Notes: a model not told the origin generated them from the letters alone. DNA of 64,000 bases from an uncultured Acidimicrobiales bacterium (GCA_938002955.1 CALLAA010000048.1:17841-81840), one strand, 5' to 3'; counted from the stretch's first letter, positions 1 through 10,343 are shown. Numbers and translations are program-made.

Positions 1-1148
1 TCGACACCTGCGTTCTTGGCTTCGTTACGATCGAAGAGGTTGATCTTTGTCTCTTCCTGGAGTTCGTAGCCCTCCTCGATTCCCTTCATGCCAGCGGCGA
101 GTATGAGCGAGAACGCAAGGTACGGGTTGCAAGCCGGGTCGGGGGAGCGATATTCGATGCGGGTTGCGTCCGGTTTGTTGGTCTTGGTTACGGGAACCCG
201 AACGAGGGTGCTCTGGTTGTTCCTGGCCCATGACACGTATCGAGGTGCTTCGAGTCCGTCGTTGAGCCGCTTGTAGGAGTTGATCAGCTGGTTGGTAACA
301 GCGGTGATTTCTCGGGCGTGGCGCAGCGTGCCTGCGATGAACTGCTGGGCGACGGTGCTCAAGCCGTACTCGTGGTCGGGGTCGTAGAACGCGTTCTGTC
401 CGTCGCGCCATAGCGACATGTGGGTGTGCATGCCCGAGCCCTGGACACCGTCGAGCGGCTTGGGCATGAACGTGGCGTGTACCCCGCGCTCTTGGGCAAC
501 CTTCTTGACGGCTAAGCGGAACGTCATGATCGAGTCCGCCATGGCGAGCGCCTCGGTGTATTGCAGGTCGATCTCGTGCTGGCTCGGCGCGTCTTCGTGA
601 AAGCTGTACTCGACCGGGATCGACAACGCTTCGAGCATGTGGATTGTGGTCATCCGCAGGTCGCTTGCGACATCGGCTGTCGTGAGGTCGAAGTAGGAGG
701 CCGTGTCGATCGGGGCGATGTTGCTCGGGTCGTCGCTCTTGAAATAGAAGAACTCGATTTCGGGCGCTACGAAGAAAGTGAAGCCTGCTTCGTGTGCCTT
801 TTGGAGGTTCCGCCGAAGCACCTGACGTGGATCTCCAGCGAATGGGGAACCGTCGAGCTGTTCGATGTTGCAGAAGATGAGGGCGGACGGCTCGTCGTCT
901 CTGGCCCACGGAAGCAACTCAAAGGTTCGGGCATCGGGTCGAGCGAGGACGTCGCTTTCCTGTACGCGACTGAATCCGTCGATCGATGACCCGTCGAATT
1001 GGAGTCCTTCTTCGAAGACCTTTTCGAGTTCGGCGGGAGAGATCGCAACCGACTTGTGCTGACCGAGAACGTCGGTAAACCACAGCCGAACCAGCCGCAC
1101 TCCACGTTCTTCGACAGTGCGAAGGACGTACTTTTCTTGGGGTTCCAT
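1..1148 (-). CDS. glnA: glutamine synthetase type I (GlnA2-like), C-terminus cut by window edge
   Basis: Not in the ORF track because it runs off position 1. Reverse complement from ATG (1148..1146) reads MEPQEKYVLRTVEERGVRLVRLWFTDVLGQHKSVAI...FHEDAPSQHEIDL...GSGMHTHMSLW...NSYKRL...NPYLAFSLILAAG with no stops. Listed ORFs 25..909(-) and 767..1105(-) are off-frame shadows. Confidence 0.85.
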   Translation of the reverse strand, partial: MEPQEKYVLRTVEERGVRLVRLWFTDVLGQHKSVAISPAELEKVFEEGLQFDGSSIDGFSRVQESDVLARPDARTFELLPWARDDEPSALIFCNIEQLDGSPFAGDPRQVLRRNLQKAHEAGFTFFVAPEIEFFYFKSDDPSNIAPIDTASYFDLTTADVASDLRMTTIHMLEALSIPVEYSFHEDAPSQHEIDLQYTEALAMADSIMTFRLAVKKVAQERGVHATFMPKPLDGVQGSGMHTHMSLWRDGQNAFYDPDHEYGLSTVAQQFIAGTLRHAREITAVTNQLINSYKRLNDGLEAPRYVSWARNNQSTLVRVPVTKTNKPDATRIEYRSPDPACNPYLAFSLILAAGMKGIEEGYELQEETKINLFDRNEAKNAGV

Positions 1149-1342
1149 CCCGCTATGGTCTCACCGCTCGGTCCAAACGGCCACTTAGACCATCGCGCGG
1201 TTCACAAAGCGTTAACAGAGCGGATGTTCGGACCGTGACGGGTCGCGGCTACGGTCTCGTTGTCCGGAGTTATCCGCCATGGCCGTCGGTAGCTCGGATG
1301 CGCAAATACCTTGCGTTATTTCCCCAACTAAGGAGTACTCGG

Positions 1343-2353
1343 ATGGTTTACCGAGCTGAATACATTTGGATCGACGGCAACGAGCCGACCAAAGAAGTTC
1401 GATCCAAGACCAAGATTCTTGAAGATGGCGCAGAGCCTGGAATCTGGGGCTACGACGGCTCCAGCACGAATCAGGCACCTGGCGACAAGAGCGACATCGT
1501 TCTGAAGCCGGTTGCGACGTTCCCGGATCCGATCCGTGGCGGCAACAACATTCTCGTGATGTGCGAGTCGCTGTTCGTCGACATGTCACCGATCCCGACC
1601 AACACGCGTGCGCTTGCCCGTGAGGCCGAGGACAAGTACGGCGATCAGGAGCCATGGTTTGGTCTCGAGCAGGAGTACACGCTCCTCGACCCAGAGACCA
1701 AGTGGCCATACGGCTTCCCGCCTGCTGGCTTCCCTGGACCGCAGGGTCCGTACTACTGCGGCGTCGGTGCACTTCGCATTGCAGGTCGTGACCTTGTCGA
1801 GTTGCACACCGACTGGTGCATCGCTGCTGGTCTGAAGATCTCGGGCACCAACGCCGAGGTCATGCCTGGACAGTGGGAGTTCCAGATCGGTCCAGCCGGA
1901 ACCACCGAGGTTGGCGATCACCTGTGGATTGCTCGCTACTTGTTGTATCGGGCAGGCGAGGAGTTCAACATCGAGGTATCGATCGATGCCAAGCCAATGA
2001 AGGGCGACTGGAACGGTGCAGGTATGCACACGAACTTCTCGACCAAGGCCATGCGTGAGGGCTACGACCCAATCATCGCTGCGTGTGAAGCAATGGGCGC
2101 CGACGGCGTTCCAGAGAAGCACCTCGCCGGTTACGGCATTGGTATCGAGGAGCGCCTGACCGGTGCTCACGAGACCCAGCGGTTCGACCAGTTCAGCTAC
2201 GGCGTATCCGACCGTGGTGCATCGATTCGTATCCCATGGCAGGTCGAGCAAGATCAGAAGGGCTACATCGAGGATCGTCGCCCGAACGCAAATGCTGACC
2301 CCTACGTGGTTGCTGCGCTGCTGACCGACACGATCGGTTCTGCACTGGCGTAA
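1343..2353 (+). CDS. glnII: glutamine synthetase type II (eukaryote-like GSII)
   Basis: MVYRAEYIWIDG..., GYDGSSTNQAPG, FGLEQEYTL, GTNAEVMPGQWEFQIGP, DWNGAGMHTNFS and RRPNANADPY are GSII hallmarks. AAGGAG lies 6 nt upstream of ATG 1343; the track ORF starts earlier at 1235. Confidence 0.85.
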   Translation: MVYRAEYIWIDGNEPTKEVRSKTKILEDGAEPGIWGYDGSSTNQAPGDKSDIVLKPVATFPDPIRGGNNILVMCESLFVDMSPIPTNTRALAREAEDKYGDQEPWFGLEQEYTLLDPETKWPYGFPPAGFPGPQGPYYCGVGALRIAGRDLVELHTDWCIAAGLKISGTNAEVMPGQWEFQIGPAGTTEVGDHLWIARYLLYRAGEEFNIEVSIDAKPMKGDWNGAGMHTNFSTKAMREGYDPIIAACEAMGADGVPEKHLAGYGIGIEERLTGAHETQRFDQFSYGVSDRGASIRIPWQVEQDQKGYIEDRRPNANADPYVVAALLTDTIGSALA

Positions 2354-2444
2354 GGCCAGCGATCATGGCGTAAGGCCAAAATCCGTTATGCATCGGGAGC
2401 TCGCTTCGGCGGGCTCCCGTTGTCGTTTTGCCGGTGGCGCCTTG

Positions 2445-2822
2445 TCAGGCGGTTGGTGTGCGCTCGGCTGCTACCGGCGTGCCCTGGTGGAACTCGAGGA
2501 GCCAGCGGTCGCCGTTGTGACGCCATAGCGAGGATCGATTGGCGATGTTGCCGGCCACGATCGAGGTGTAGGTGCAGAGAACGACCGACGGTTCTATCGT
2601 GCGGGCGACGAAATTCGGAAGCGGCAGCTCGACGGGGATGTAGTCCGAGATCGGGATCGTCATGATCGACTCGCGATTCCAGACCCGACCAGAGGCACCG
2701 TGTTCGGTGAACTCTGGAGCAAGGGCCGCATCGAACCATTCGGGGTTACCGCGGGTCTCAGAGACCCACATGGCTTCTTCGAGCGTGCGGAAGTCCTCGA
2801 GCTGCTCTCCGGTCAAGTTCAT
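2445..2822 (-). CDS. small NTF2/SnoaL-like (DUF4440-type) protein
   Basis: 125-aa ORF with a pattern typical of DUF4440/SnoaL-fold proteins (EEAMW...F..L..DF.E.G.SG). Family assignment is by eye only. Confidence 0.45.
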   Translation of the reverse strand: MNLTGEQLEDFRTLEEAMWVSETRGNPEWFDAALAPEFTEHGASGRVWNRESIMTIPISDYIPVELPLPNFVARTIEPSVVLCTYTSIVAGNIANRSSLWRHNGDRWLLEFHQGTPVAAERTPTA

Positions 2823-2884
2823 TTGGTGAGTATCTCACAGCACCGTTCCCGCTGATCGCCGCCTGGGCCTCGTAGCCTTGAGCT

Positions 2885-4579
2885 GTGGCTGTTCTCCGTG
2901 TCGCTATCTGTCAGATCAACACCAAAGTGGGCGACCTTGAGGGCAACGCCGACAAGGTCCGTGCGTGGATGCGTGATGCCGAACGCGAAGGCGCTGACCT
3001 TGCCCTCTTCCCGGAGCTGACGATCACCGGATATCCCCCGGAGGATCTTCTGCTGAAGCCGAACTTCATTGCGGAGAACATTCGGGTTCTGCACGAACTT
3101 GCCGCAGACATCACAGGCCATTGTGTGGCGGTGGTCGGCTTCGCCGATGGCGAAGGTCATGGTCAGAGTTACAACGGTCTGGCCGTCATCGCCAATGGCG
3201 AGGTGAAGTCCACCTATCACAAGCGGGCCCTGCCGAACTACGGCGTGTTCGACGAAGAGCGGGTGTTCGTCCCAGGCGCTGAGCCAATGGAGCTGCACCG
3301 GGTCGCTGGCATCAACGTTGGTCTGTCGATCTGTGAGGATGGCTGGATCGCTGGCGGCCCAATTCCACAGCTCGCCGCAGGTGGCGCCCAGATCATCGTG
3401 AACATGAATGCGTCTCCGTACTACCGACGCAAGACCGAACGCCGCCAGGAGGTCATGGCGGAACGGGTCGCCGAATCGGGTGGGGTTCCCTTTGTGTACG
3501 GCAACCAGGTCGGTGGCCAAGACGAGCTGGTATTCGATGGGTCGTCGTTTGTCCTCGACGAACACGGCAAGCTCATGGCCCGAGCCGGCCACTGCGTTGA
3601 AGAACTGCTGGTCGTCGATGTCCCTGCTATCGAAAGTACGGTCGCACCCGAGGCGACCTTCCCCGTGGTGAATATCTCCGATGCCACCGGGCGCGATGTT
3701 GAAGCTGCGACACCTCGAATCGCACCGTTGCTCAACGAGCTCGACGAACTACATGACGCGCTGGTGCTCGCCACGCGCGACTACGTACAGAAGAATGGGT
3801 TCCAAGACATCTGCCTTGGACTTTCCGGTGGTATCGACTCGACGCTCACCGCAGCGATTGCCGCCGATGCGCTCGGTCCGGAGAATGTTCACTGCGTGCT
3901 CATGCCCAGTAGGTACTCGAGCGACCACTCGGTAACCGACGCCGAAGAGTTCGCCGAGCGGCTCGGGGTCTCCCATCGCACGATCCCTATCGAACCGGGC
4001 CACGCAGCGTTCCTCGACATGTTCGCGGACTCGTTCGCTGGTCGTGAAGAAGGGTTGACCGAAGAGAACCTGCAATCGAGGATTCGCGGCGTCATTCTCA
4101 TGGGTCTCACCAACAAGTTTGGTTGGTTGGTGTTGACGACCGGGAACAAGAGCGAAGCCGCTGTTGGCTACTCGACCCTCTACGGCGATACCGCAGGGGC
4201 GTACGCGGTCATCAAGGATGTGTACAAGCTCGATGTGTATGCGTTGTCCCGCCGCTTCAACGAGCGGGCGGGCCGTGAGGTCATTCCAGAGTCGGTCATC
4301 ACAAAGCCCCCGTCAGCCGAGTTGCGACCCGATCAACGAGATGACCAGAGTCTTCCTCCGTACGAGGAACTCGACCCGCTGCTCGAGGCGTACATCGAAG
4401 GCGACCGGACCATGAGCGAGCTGATCGAGATGGGTTTTGATGAGGAGACCGTCAAGCGCATCACTCGGTTGGTGGACATCAGCGAATTCAAGCGCCGCCA
4501 GACACCGTTGGGTGCTCGGGTTACCAAGAAGGGCTTCGGACGCGACCGTCGATTGCCGATTACCAACGGCTTCCGCTAA
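2885..4579 (+). CDS. nadE: glutamine-dependent NAD+ synthetase
   Basis: N-terminal nitrilase/CN-hydrolase domain (LRVAICQINTKVGDLEGN..., FPELTITGYPPEDL, ICEDGW) plus a C-terminal NAD synthetase domain (GLSGGIDST PP-loop). Confidence 0.9.
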   Translation: MAVLRVAICQINTKVGDLEGNADKVRAWMRDAEREGADLALFPELTITGYPPEDLLLKPNFIAENIRVLHELAADITGHCVAVVGFADGEGHGQSYNGLAVIANGEVKSTYHKRALPNYGVFDEERVFVPGAEPMELHRVAGINVGLSICEDGWIAGGPIPQLAAGGAQIIVNMNASPYYRRKTERRQEVMAERVAESGGVPFVYGNQVGGQDELVFDGSSFVLDEHGKLMARAGHCVEELLVVDVPAIESTVAPEATFPVVNISDATGRDVEAATPRIAPLLNELDELHDALVLATRDYVQKNGFQDICLGLSGGIDSTLTAAIAADALGPENVHCVLMPSRYSSDHSVTDAEEFAERLGVSHRTIPIEPGHAAFLDMFADSFAGREEGLTEENLQSRIRGVILMGLTNKFGWLVLTTGNKSEAAVGYSTLYGDTAGAYAVIKDVYKLDVYALSRRFNERAGREVIPESVITKPPSAELRPDQRDDQSLPPYEELDPLLEAYIEGDRTMSELIEMGFDEETVKRITRLVDISEFKRRQTPLGARVTKKGFGRDRRLPITNGFR

Positions 4580-4645
4580 CGGTCCAGTCGGATCGACGCG
4601 AAGGCGGGTGCATCCAAGAGGCCTACGTGGGCCGTAAAGCCCAGT

Positions 4646-5554
4646 ATGGAGACGCCCGCTGACGCCACCGAACAACCGAAATCCTCGACGACGGTCGAAC
4701 CTGGCGATGGTGCAACGGTCGCCGCTGCGCCCACTTCCGAGCCCGCCACTGAACGTACCGATGAAGCTGCCGCCGGTTCGGAATCGGCTGGACCGACCGG
4801 CCTTCGCTTAGCCGTCTCGAGCGTGGGTGTGTTTCTGGCGATCGTTGCCATTGGCGGCATCATCGGCGTTACCTCAGGAGCTGGAAATGCTGACGCATCG
4901 ACGGCGTCGGCGATGATCGATACCGCAGCCCTCGATACGGCGATGATCGACACCGCCGTTGTGGACTCCGCCGTTTTCGAAAGTGCCATCCTCGACGCCG
5001 CGGTCGCACGCACCGACGCTGCACCGGAAACCACGGCACCGGAAATCACGGCACCGGAAACCACGGCCGTACCGACCACGCTTGCGCCGGCTCCGACGAC
5101 CTCAGTGGCGGCCGAGTCCGAGCCGACAGCGACAATCACCGCAGCCGACGTCACGGTGACTGAACCGGTCACCGTGGTGCGCGGCGTCACCGAACTCGCC
5201 CTCCCACTCGTCGATGAAGCGCCCACGGCTGCACCGGTCACTGGACCGGATCCCACCGAGATCGAGTTTCTTGAGTTGCCCAAAGCGGTCTATGACCGGT
5301 TCACGCTGAGGACCGGAGATTCGTTCGCGATCAACATTGCTGCGAACGACAAAATCGGCGGAGTTCTGCAATCGGTAACACTCACCGGGCTGGGCGAGCT
5401 CGCACCGGGCTTCTCGTTGAGCGCTGATGGAACCGTGTCGGGTGTGGCGTCCGAATGCGGGGCATGGAGGGCGCAATACGCCATAAATTCAACAAATCCC
5501 GCGGTTGGCACGTCATGGATCGATATCACGGTGAGCGGCTGCTCGGGCACGTGA
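4646..5554 (+). CDS. membrane-anchored repeat protein with C-terminal Ig/cadherin-like domain
   Basis: TM helix LAVSSVGVFLAIVAIGGIIGV, then low-complexity repeats (AAPETTAPEITAPETTA = 3 x 15 bp at 5021..5065). C-terminus DRFTLRTGDSFAINIAANDK...GFSLSADGTVSG resembles putative-Ig/cadherin-like repeats. Confidence 0.5.
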   Translation: METPADATEQPKSSTTVEPGDGATVAAAPTSEPATERTDEAAAGSESAGPTGLRLAVSSVGVFLAIVAIGGIIGVTSGAGNADASTASAMIDTAALDTAMIDTAVVDSAVFESAILDAAVARTDAAPETTAPEITAPETTAVPTTLAPAPTTSVAAESEPTATITAADVTVTEPVTVVRGVTELALPLVDEAPTAAPVTGPDPTEIEFLELPKAVYDRFTLRTGDSFAINIAANDKIGGVLQSVTLTGLGELAPGFSLSADGTVSGVASECGAWRAQYAINSTNPAVGTSWIDITVSGCSGT

Positions 5555-5734
5555 TGTTACTTTCGACACATTTTCAGCCATTCGCGCGGTGTTGTGGGCC
5601 TGATCGGTCGGTAGGGTTTCCCTTCAGGTCGACTTGTTATTGGTCGAAACAACTGCATCACCCGTACTAACGGGAGCCGTAGTCAACAACAGCGGTGGCG
5701 CAACCCGCCGCTGTGAAACCAGAAGAGGAAACTC

Positions 5735-6670
<936 letters not shown>

Positions 6671-6704
6671 GCGCATTGTTGCCTAACCCACGGTTGCAGA
6701 GCTG

Positions 6705-6857
6705 ATGGGTCTTATCGGCCTCTACGCGTTGATCATCTTCGTCGTGTTCGCGCTCGTCGGTGGCCTCGCGGTGTTTCTCATCATCCGCAACCAACCTGAG
6801 CCGGGTGATGATGACCTACCGCCGCGAGGAGTTCCCTGGGACGACGCCAATCGCTGA
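6705..6857 (+). CDS. possible 50-aa single-pass membrane peptide
   Basis: ATG..TGA ORF below the 60-aa track cutoff: MGLIGLYALIIFVVFALVGGLAVFLIIRNQPEPGDDDLPPRGVPWDDANR. One clean TM helix plus an acidic tail. It fills the gap between the sigma gene and selC. Confidence 0.35.
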   Translation: MGLIGLYALIIFVVFALVGGLAVFLIIRNQPEPGDDDLPPRGVPWDDANR

Positions 6858-6884
6858 AACCGGTCGGTATCATGTTGGCACCAT

Positions 6885-6980
6885 GGAGGTGTCTGAGTAC
6901 CTGGTGGGCTCCCCCGCCTTCAAAGCGGGCGATACGGGCGATCCCCGTATGGCGGGTTCGATTCCCGTCCACCTCCGCCA
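6885..6980 (+). tRNA. selC: tRNA-Sec (selenocysteine tRNA), anticodon UCA
   Basis: GGAGGTG...CACCTCC-G-CCA acceptor. T arm GCGGG-TTCGATT-CCCGT. Anticodon stem CCCGC/GCGGG with loop CTTCAAA (UCA at 6920..6922). 7-bp variable arm ATACGGG/CCCGTAT. 13 stacked acceptor+T pairs, G73, encoded CCA. Close in layout to E. coli selC. Confidence 0.8.
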
Positions 6981-7026
6981 TTCTCTTTGCCGTGTCTCTC
7001 TTTCCCGTGTCGTTGGGTTCGCCGTT

Positions 7027-7467
7027 GTGATGCTCGCCGTGCTCGTCGGCGTCGGATCTCCCGCCGGGGCTAGTGCCCGGGTGTTGGAGTCTTCTCCGGC
7101 CGACGGGGACGCACTCGCCGTCCTCGACGTGATCACGTTCGAATTCGACTCGTTGCTCGTTCCGGCGGGCGCGGAGATCTCGGTGACCAAGCTCGACGGC
7201 ACGGTCGTGTCGGTCAGCCCAGCGACCGTTGACGGTGCGGTGCTTTCGGCGACGGTGCTCGAGCCGGTCCCGTCGGGCAACTATTCGGTTGCGTACTCGG
7301 TGGAGTCCGCCGATGGCGATCAGAACACGGGGGCTATTCGAGTCGAGGTGAATTCGCCCGACCAAGCGTTCTCAGGCGGCCTGCTCGTCGTCATCGCGAT
7401 CGCCGTCGCGATGTTCAGCTATCTCGCGTTCGTTTTCCGCGCAGACCAACGCCGACGACGTCGGTAG
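7027..7467 (+). CDS. CopC-domain protein with C-terminal membrane anchor
   Basis: LESSPADGDAL...ITFEFDSLL...SGNYSVAYSVESADGD matches the CopC fold pattern. C-terminal TM GGLLVVIAIAVAMFSYLAFVF followed by RRRRR. The track ORF (from 6760) overlaps selC, so the start was moved to GTG 7027 or ATG 7030 and remains uncertain. Confidence 0.55.
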   Translation: MMLAVLVGVGSPAGASARVLESSPADGDALAVLDVITFEFDSLLVPAGAEISVTKLDGTVVSVSPATVDGAVLSATVLEPVPSGNYSVAYSVESADGDQNTGAIRVEVNSPDQAFSGGLLVVIAIAVAMFSYLAFVFRADQRRRRR

Positions 7468-7537
7468 TCAGAAACGTGGAACTATTGAGCCACGAGGCCG
7501 ACGGGAAGCGCTCACTGCATATGACGTCCACACACCC

Positions 7538-8383
7538 ATGACCACTACACACCGGGTTACGACCGCCGATGGCCTTGGACTGCACGTCGTCGAGGACGGA
7601 CCCGCCGACGGGGTACCCGTCCTCTTCGTCCACGGATGGCCCGATACGTCGCATGTGTGGCGGCACCAAGTGTCGGCCCTCGTCAACGCCGGCTACCGGG
7701 CTATCACCGTCGACCAGCGAGGGTTCGGACGCTCCGACCGGCCCGAGGACGTTGCCGGGTTCCACGTGTTCAACGCAATGGCCGACATCGGGTCCATCCT
7801 CGACAGCCTGGAAATTTCCTCGGCTCACCTGGTAGGTCACGACTGGGGAGCGCCACCGTGTTGGCTGACGGCGATGTTCGCCCCCGAGCGGGTTTCTTCG
7901 CTGATCGCTATGTCGGTCGGGCATCCCCTTGCTTTTCGAAGCGCAGGTCTCGAACAGCGTCAGCGCAGTTTCTACATGTTGCTCTTTCAATTCGTCGACG
8001 TTGCGGAGCAATGGTTGCGAGCCGACGAGTGGGCCAATCTTCGGATGCTCATCCACAACCCCGCTGATTTCGATGCACGTGTCGCCGAGCTAGAAAAGCC
8101 AGGGGCGCTTACCGCGTCGCTCAACTGGTATCGAGCCAACGTCGCCCCCGAGTCGATCATTGCCGAACCCGCTGACCTTCCACCGGTGAGCCGACCGACG
8201 CTCGGCATCATGGGCGCTGACGATTGGGCCTTGCTGCCCAAGCAGATGGTGGAGAGTGAACAGTACGTTGAAGCGGAGTGGCAGTACGCCGAGGTCCCCA
8301 ATGCTGCGCATTGGATGCAGACCGAACAACCCGAGGCGGTAAATACGTTGTTGTGCACGTGGCTCGAAGGACACGCATCATGA
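7538..8383 (+). CDS. alpha/beta hydrolase, epoxide-hydrolase/haloalkane-dehalogenase-like
   Basis: HGWP oxyanion motif (LFVHGWPDTS), Asp nucleophile elbow (LVGHDWGA) and C-terminal AAHWMQTEQPE. Confidence 0.8.
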   Translation: MTTTHRVTTADGLGLHVVEDGPADGVPVLFVHGWPDTSHVWRHQVSALVNAGYRAITVDQRGFGRSDRPEDVAGFHVFNAMADIGSILDSLEISSAHLVGHDWGAPPCWLTAMFAPERVSSLIAMSVGHPLAFRSAGLEQRQRSFYMLLFQFVDVAEQWLRADEWANLRMLIHNPADFDARVAELEKPGALTASLNWYRANVAPESIIAEPADLPPVSRPTLGIMGADDWALLPKQMVESEQYVEAEWQYAEVPNAAHWMQTEQPEAVNTLLCTWLEGHAS

Positions 8384-9426
8384 AGCGACGCATTGGTGCT
8401 GTGGCTTGCGCATTCATGCTCGTTGGACTGGCCGTTCCCGCACACGCACAAGAGCCGATCGATGTTCCTGGCGAGGTGGTTGTCGTGCCGCTTGCCGCCG
8501 AGTCTCCGATACAGCTCGACGGCGACCTCGGCGACTGGGCCACGTTGCCTGCGATCGTCACGAACGACGGGCCCATGCCTTCGCTCGACCCGGCCAACAG
8601 TGGACAGATGCGATGGCAAGTTGCGGCTGACGCGACCACGTTCTACTTCGCTGCCACGATCACCGACGACAACATCGTCGCTGGCCGGAATGGTGACGAC
8701 TACTGGAATGAAGATTCGATCGAGCTTTACCTTGATCTCTCCGGTGACGACACCTTGAGGTCATACGGTGATGGCGTTGGCCAGATCACGTTTTCCGCCG
8801 TCGATCGAGGCAACACGGACCCAGAACAACTCTCTCTGTCCGGTAGCGGAGCGCCGGACTTTGACGTGCGTGGTTTCGTGTTCGCAACGACCGCGGGTTG
8901 GGGTGTCGAGATGGCCATCGACATGACCGACAAGATCGTTCCGACGAGTGGCAAGTCGATTGGATTCCAAGTTCAGGCCAATGGCTCGAGCGGGGGCGAC
9001 CGCGACCTGAAGCTCAGCTGGTCGCTCGCCGATACCGACGACACCAGCTACCAGGACCCGAGTGTCTTTGGCCGTGCGGTGTTCTTTGATCCGGGCGCCG
9101 CTGCGATTGTCGACGAGACCGAGCCGGTTATCGACGACGAGGCCGAGGTCGCCAGCGAGGAATCTGTCGATGTCGCGATTGCTGAGCAGGGTTCGGTCGA
9201 GCCAGTCCCAGCCGAGGTCGTCACCGAGTCCAACGATGATGAGCCCAAGCCCGGTCGCACGCTGCTCTATGCGGCGATCTTCTCCGCAGCGTCGATCTTG
9301 GTGGGTGGCCTATGGTTCGAGCGCCGTCGGAAAAAGTCTGAGGCGGCCGCTGCGGCGACGGCTGCAGAAGTCGACGACCAAGAGGACGTCGACGATCTCA
9401 TCGCAAGCATCCTCGACGATCAGTAG
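8380..9426 (+). CDS. secreted, C-terminally anchored carbohydrate-binding (CBM9/DOMON-like) protein
   Basis: ATGA overlap with the upstream stop. Signal peptide MKRRIGAVACAFMLVGLAVPAHA. DGDLGDW...YFAATITDD...YWNEDSIELYLD...GWGVEMAI...FQVQANG resembles CBM9. Acidic linker plus TM plus RRRKK. Confidence 0.55.
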   Translation: MKRRIGAVACAFMLVGLAVPAHAQEPIDVPGEVVVVPLAAESPIQLDGDLGDWATLPAIVTNDGPMPSLDPANSGQMRWQVAADATTFYFAATITDDNIVAGRNGDDYWNEDSIELYLDLSGDDTLRSYGDGVGQITFSAVDRGNTDPEQLSLSGSGAPDFDVRGFVFATTAGWGVEMAIDMTDKIVPTSGKSIGFQVQANGSSGGDRDLKLSWSLADTDDTSYQDPSVFGRAVFFDPGAAAIVDETEPVIDDEAEVASEESVDVAIAEQGSVEPVPAEVVTESNDDEPKPGRTLLYAAIFSAASILVGGLWFERRRKKSEAAAAATAAEVDDQEDVDDLIASILDDQ

Positions 9427-9483
9427 CGGTCGAATCGGTCGAGCGGTTTGGGGCCTATGGCTCGCCGCTGAGTAACGAACGAG

Positions 9484-10326
9484 TCAGTCCCTACCGATGG
9501 TGTTTTTGCCGTCGGCTTCATCGAACAGTTTCGGGTATGGGCGACCAATACCGATGAGCCGGTGAAAGAGCTCGGTGCCACGGTCGACGACATTTTGGGG
9601 CACGCCGGAGAGCTGATCTTCGAGCGGGATGATGAATTTCGGCAAGTACTCGATCAGGATCGCGGTGCGATCGTGGTCAGATTCATTTGGCATGGCGCAG
9701 TGCCACACCATGCCGTTGAAGATGATCGCATCGCCAGGGTTTCCCGACATTCGTCCACAGTTGGCAAAGAACGACTCGCGATCTTCGTTGTCGGGATAGT
9801 TGAGGTCAACTTGTGAGCCTGGCAGGAATGCACTCGCGCCGGACACCTCGTTGAACGGATCGAGGGGGATCGTGATCTGCAGGTTGAGCGGGTAGCTGGA
9901 GTTGATCCGAGCGGGGAAGCCGTCGCGGTCGTACATGTCCCAGTAGGGGTAGTCGATGTGCGGCTCTTGTCCAGGGCCGCCGGGAAGCAACCGGTTGGCG
10001 GCGATCGATCCGAGGTGGAACTTGTTGCCGAGAAACGCCGACGTGATCTTGACGACGTCGGGGTGTTGCACCATCGACTCGAAGACCTTGCCCTTGGCTA
10101 ACAGATTCCAGACCCGCCGCTGAAGATGCAGCTTGTCGTGGTTTGCGCCTTGGAAATGGGTTTCTTTGTCTTGATCCTTGGAGTAGTCCATGATCAGCTC
10201 GCGTGCTTCGCGTACGGTTCCTTCGTCGAACGCGCCGCGAATCGCGACGGCACCGTTGCCGGTGAGGAGTTCGTCGATGATCTCCTCGATGTTCTCGTCG
10301 ATCTTCGTGACATCTACTTCGTACAT
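9484..10326 (-). CDS. phytanoyl-CoA dioxygenase (PhyH) family Fe(II)/2-oxoglutarate oxygenase
   Basis: GQEPHIDYPYW (HxD facial triad), GDAIIFNGMVWHCAMPN and R..ILIEY are typical of PhyH-family enzymes. Confidence 0.8.
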   Translation of the reverse strand: MYEVDVTKIDENIEEIIDELLTGNGAVAIRGAFDEGTVREARELIMDYSKDQDKETHFQGANHDKLHLQRRVWNLLAKGKVFESMVQHPDVVKITSAFLGNKFHLGSIAANRLLPGGPGQEPHIDYPYWDMYDRDGFPARINSSYPLNLQITIPLDPFNEVSGASAFLPGSQVDLNYPDNEDRESFFANCGRMSGNPGDAIIFNGMVWHCAMPNESDHDRTAILIEYLPKFIIPLEDQLSGVPQNVVDRGTELFHRLIGIGRPYPKLFDEADGKNTIGRD

Positions 10327-10343
10327 GGCTCTCCTCCCAGGTT

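Noticed and set aside
25-1105. Track ORFs 25..909(-), 561..989(+), 767..1105(-), 865..1062(+)
   Set aside because: All are off-frame shadows of the real, edge-truncated GS-I gene (1..1148, minus), whose frame has no stop in the window. Their translations are Arg/Pro/Ser-rich, as is typical of wrong-frame high-GC ORFs.
6760-7026. N-terminal 89 codons of ORF 6760..7467
   Set aside because: They overlap the tRNA-Sec gene (6885..6980) on the same strand. The CopC homology only begins after ~7060.
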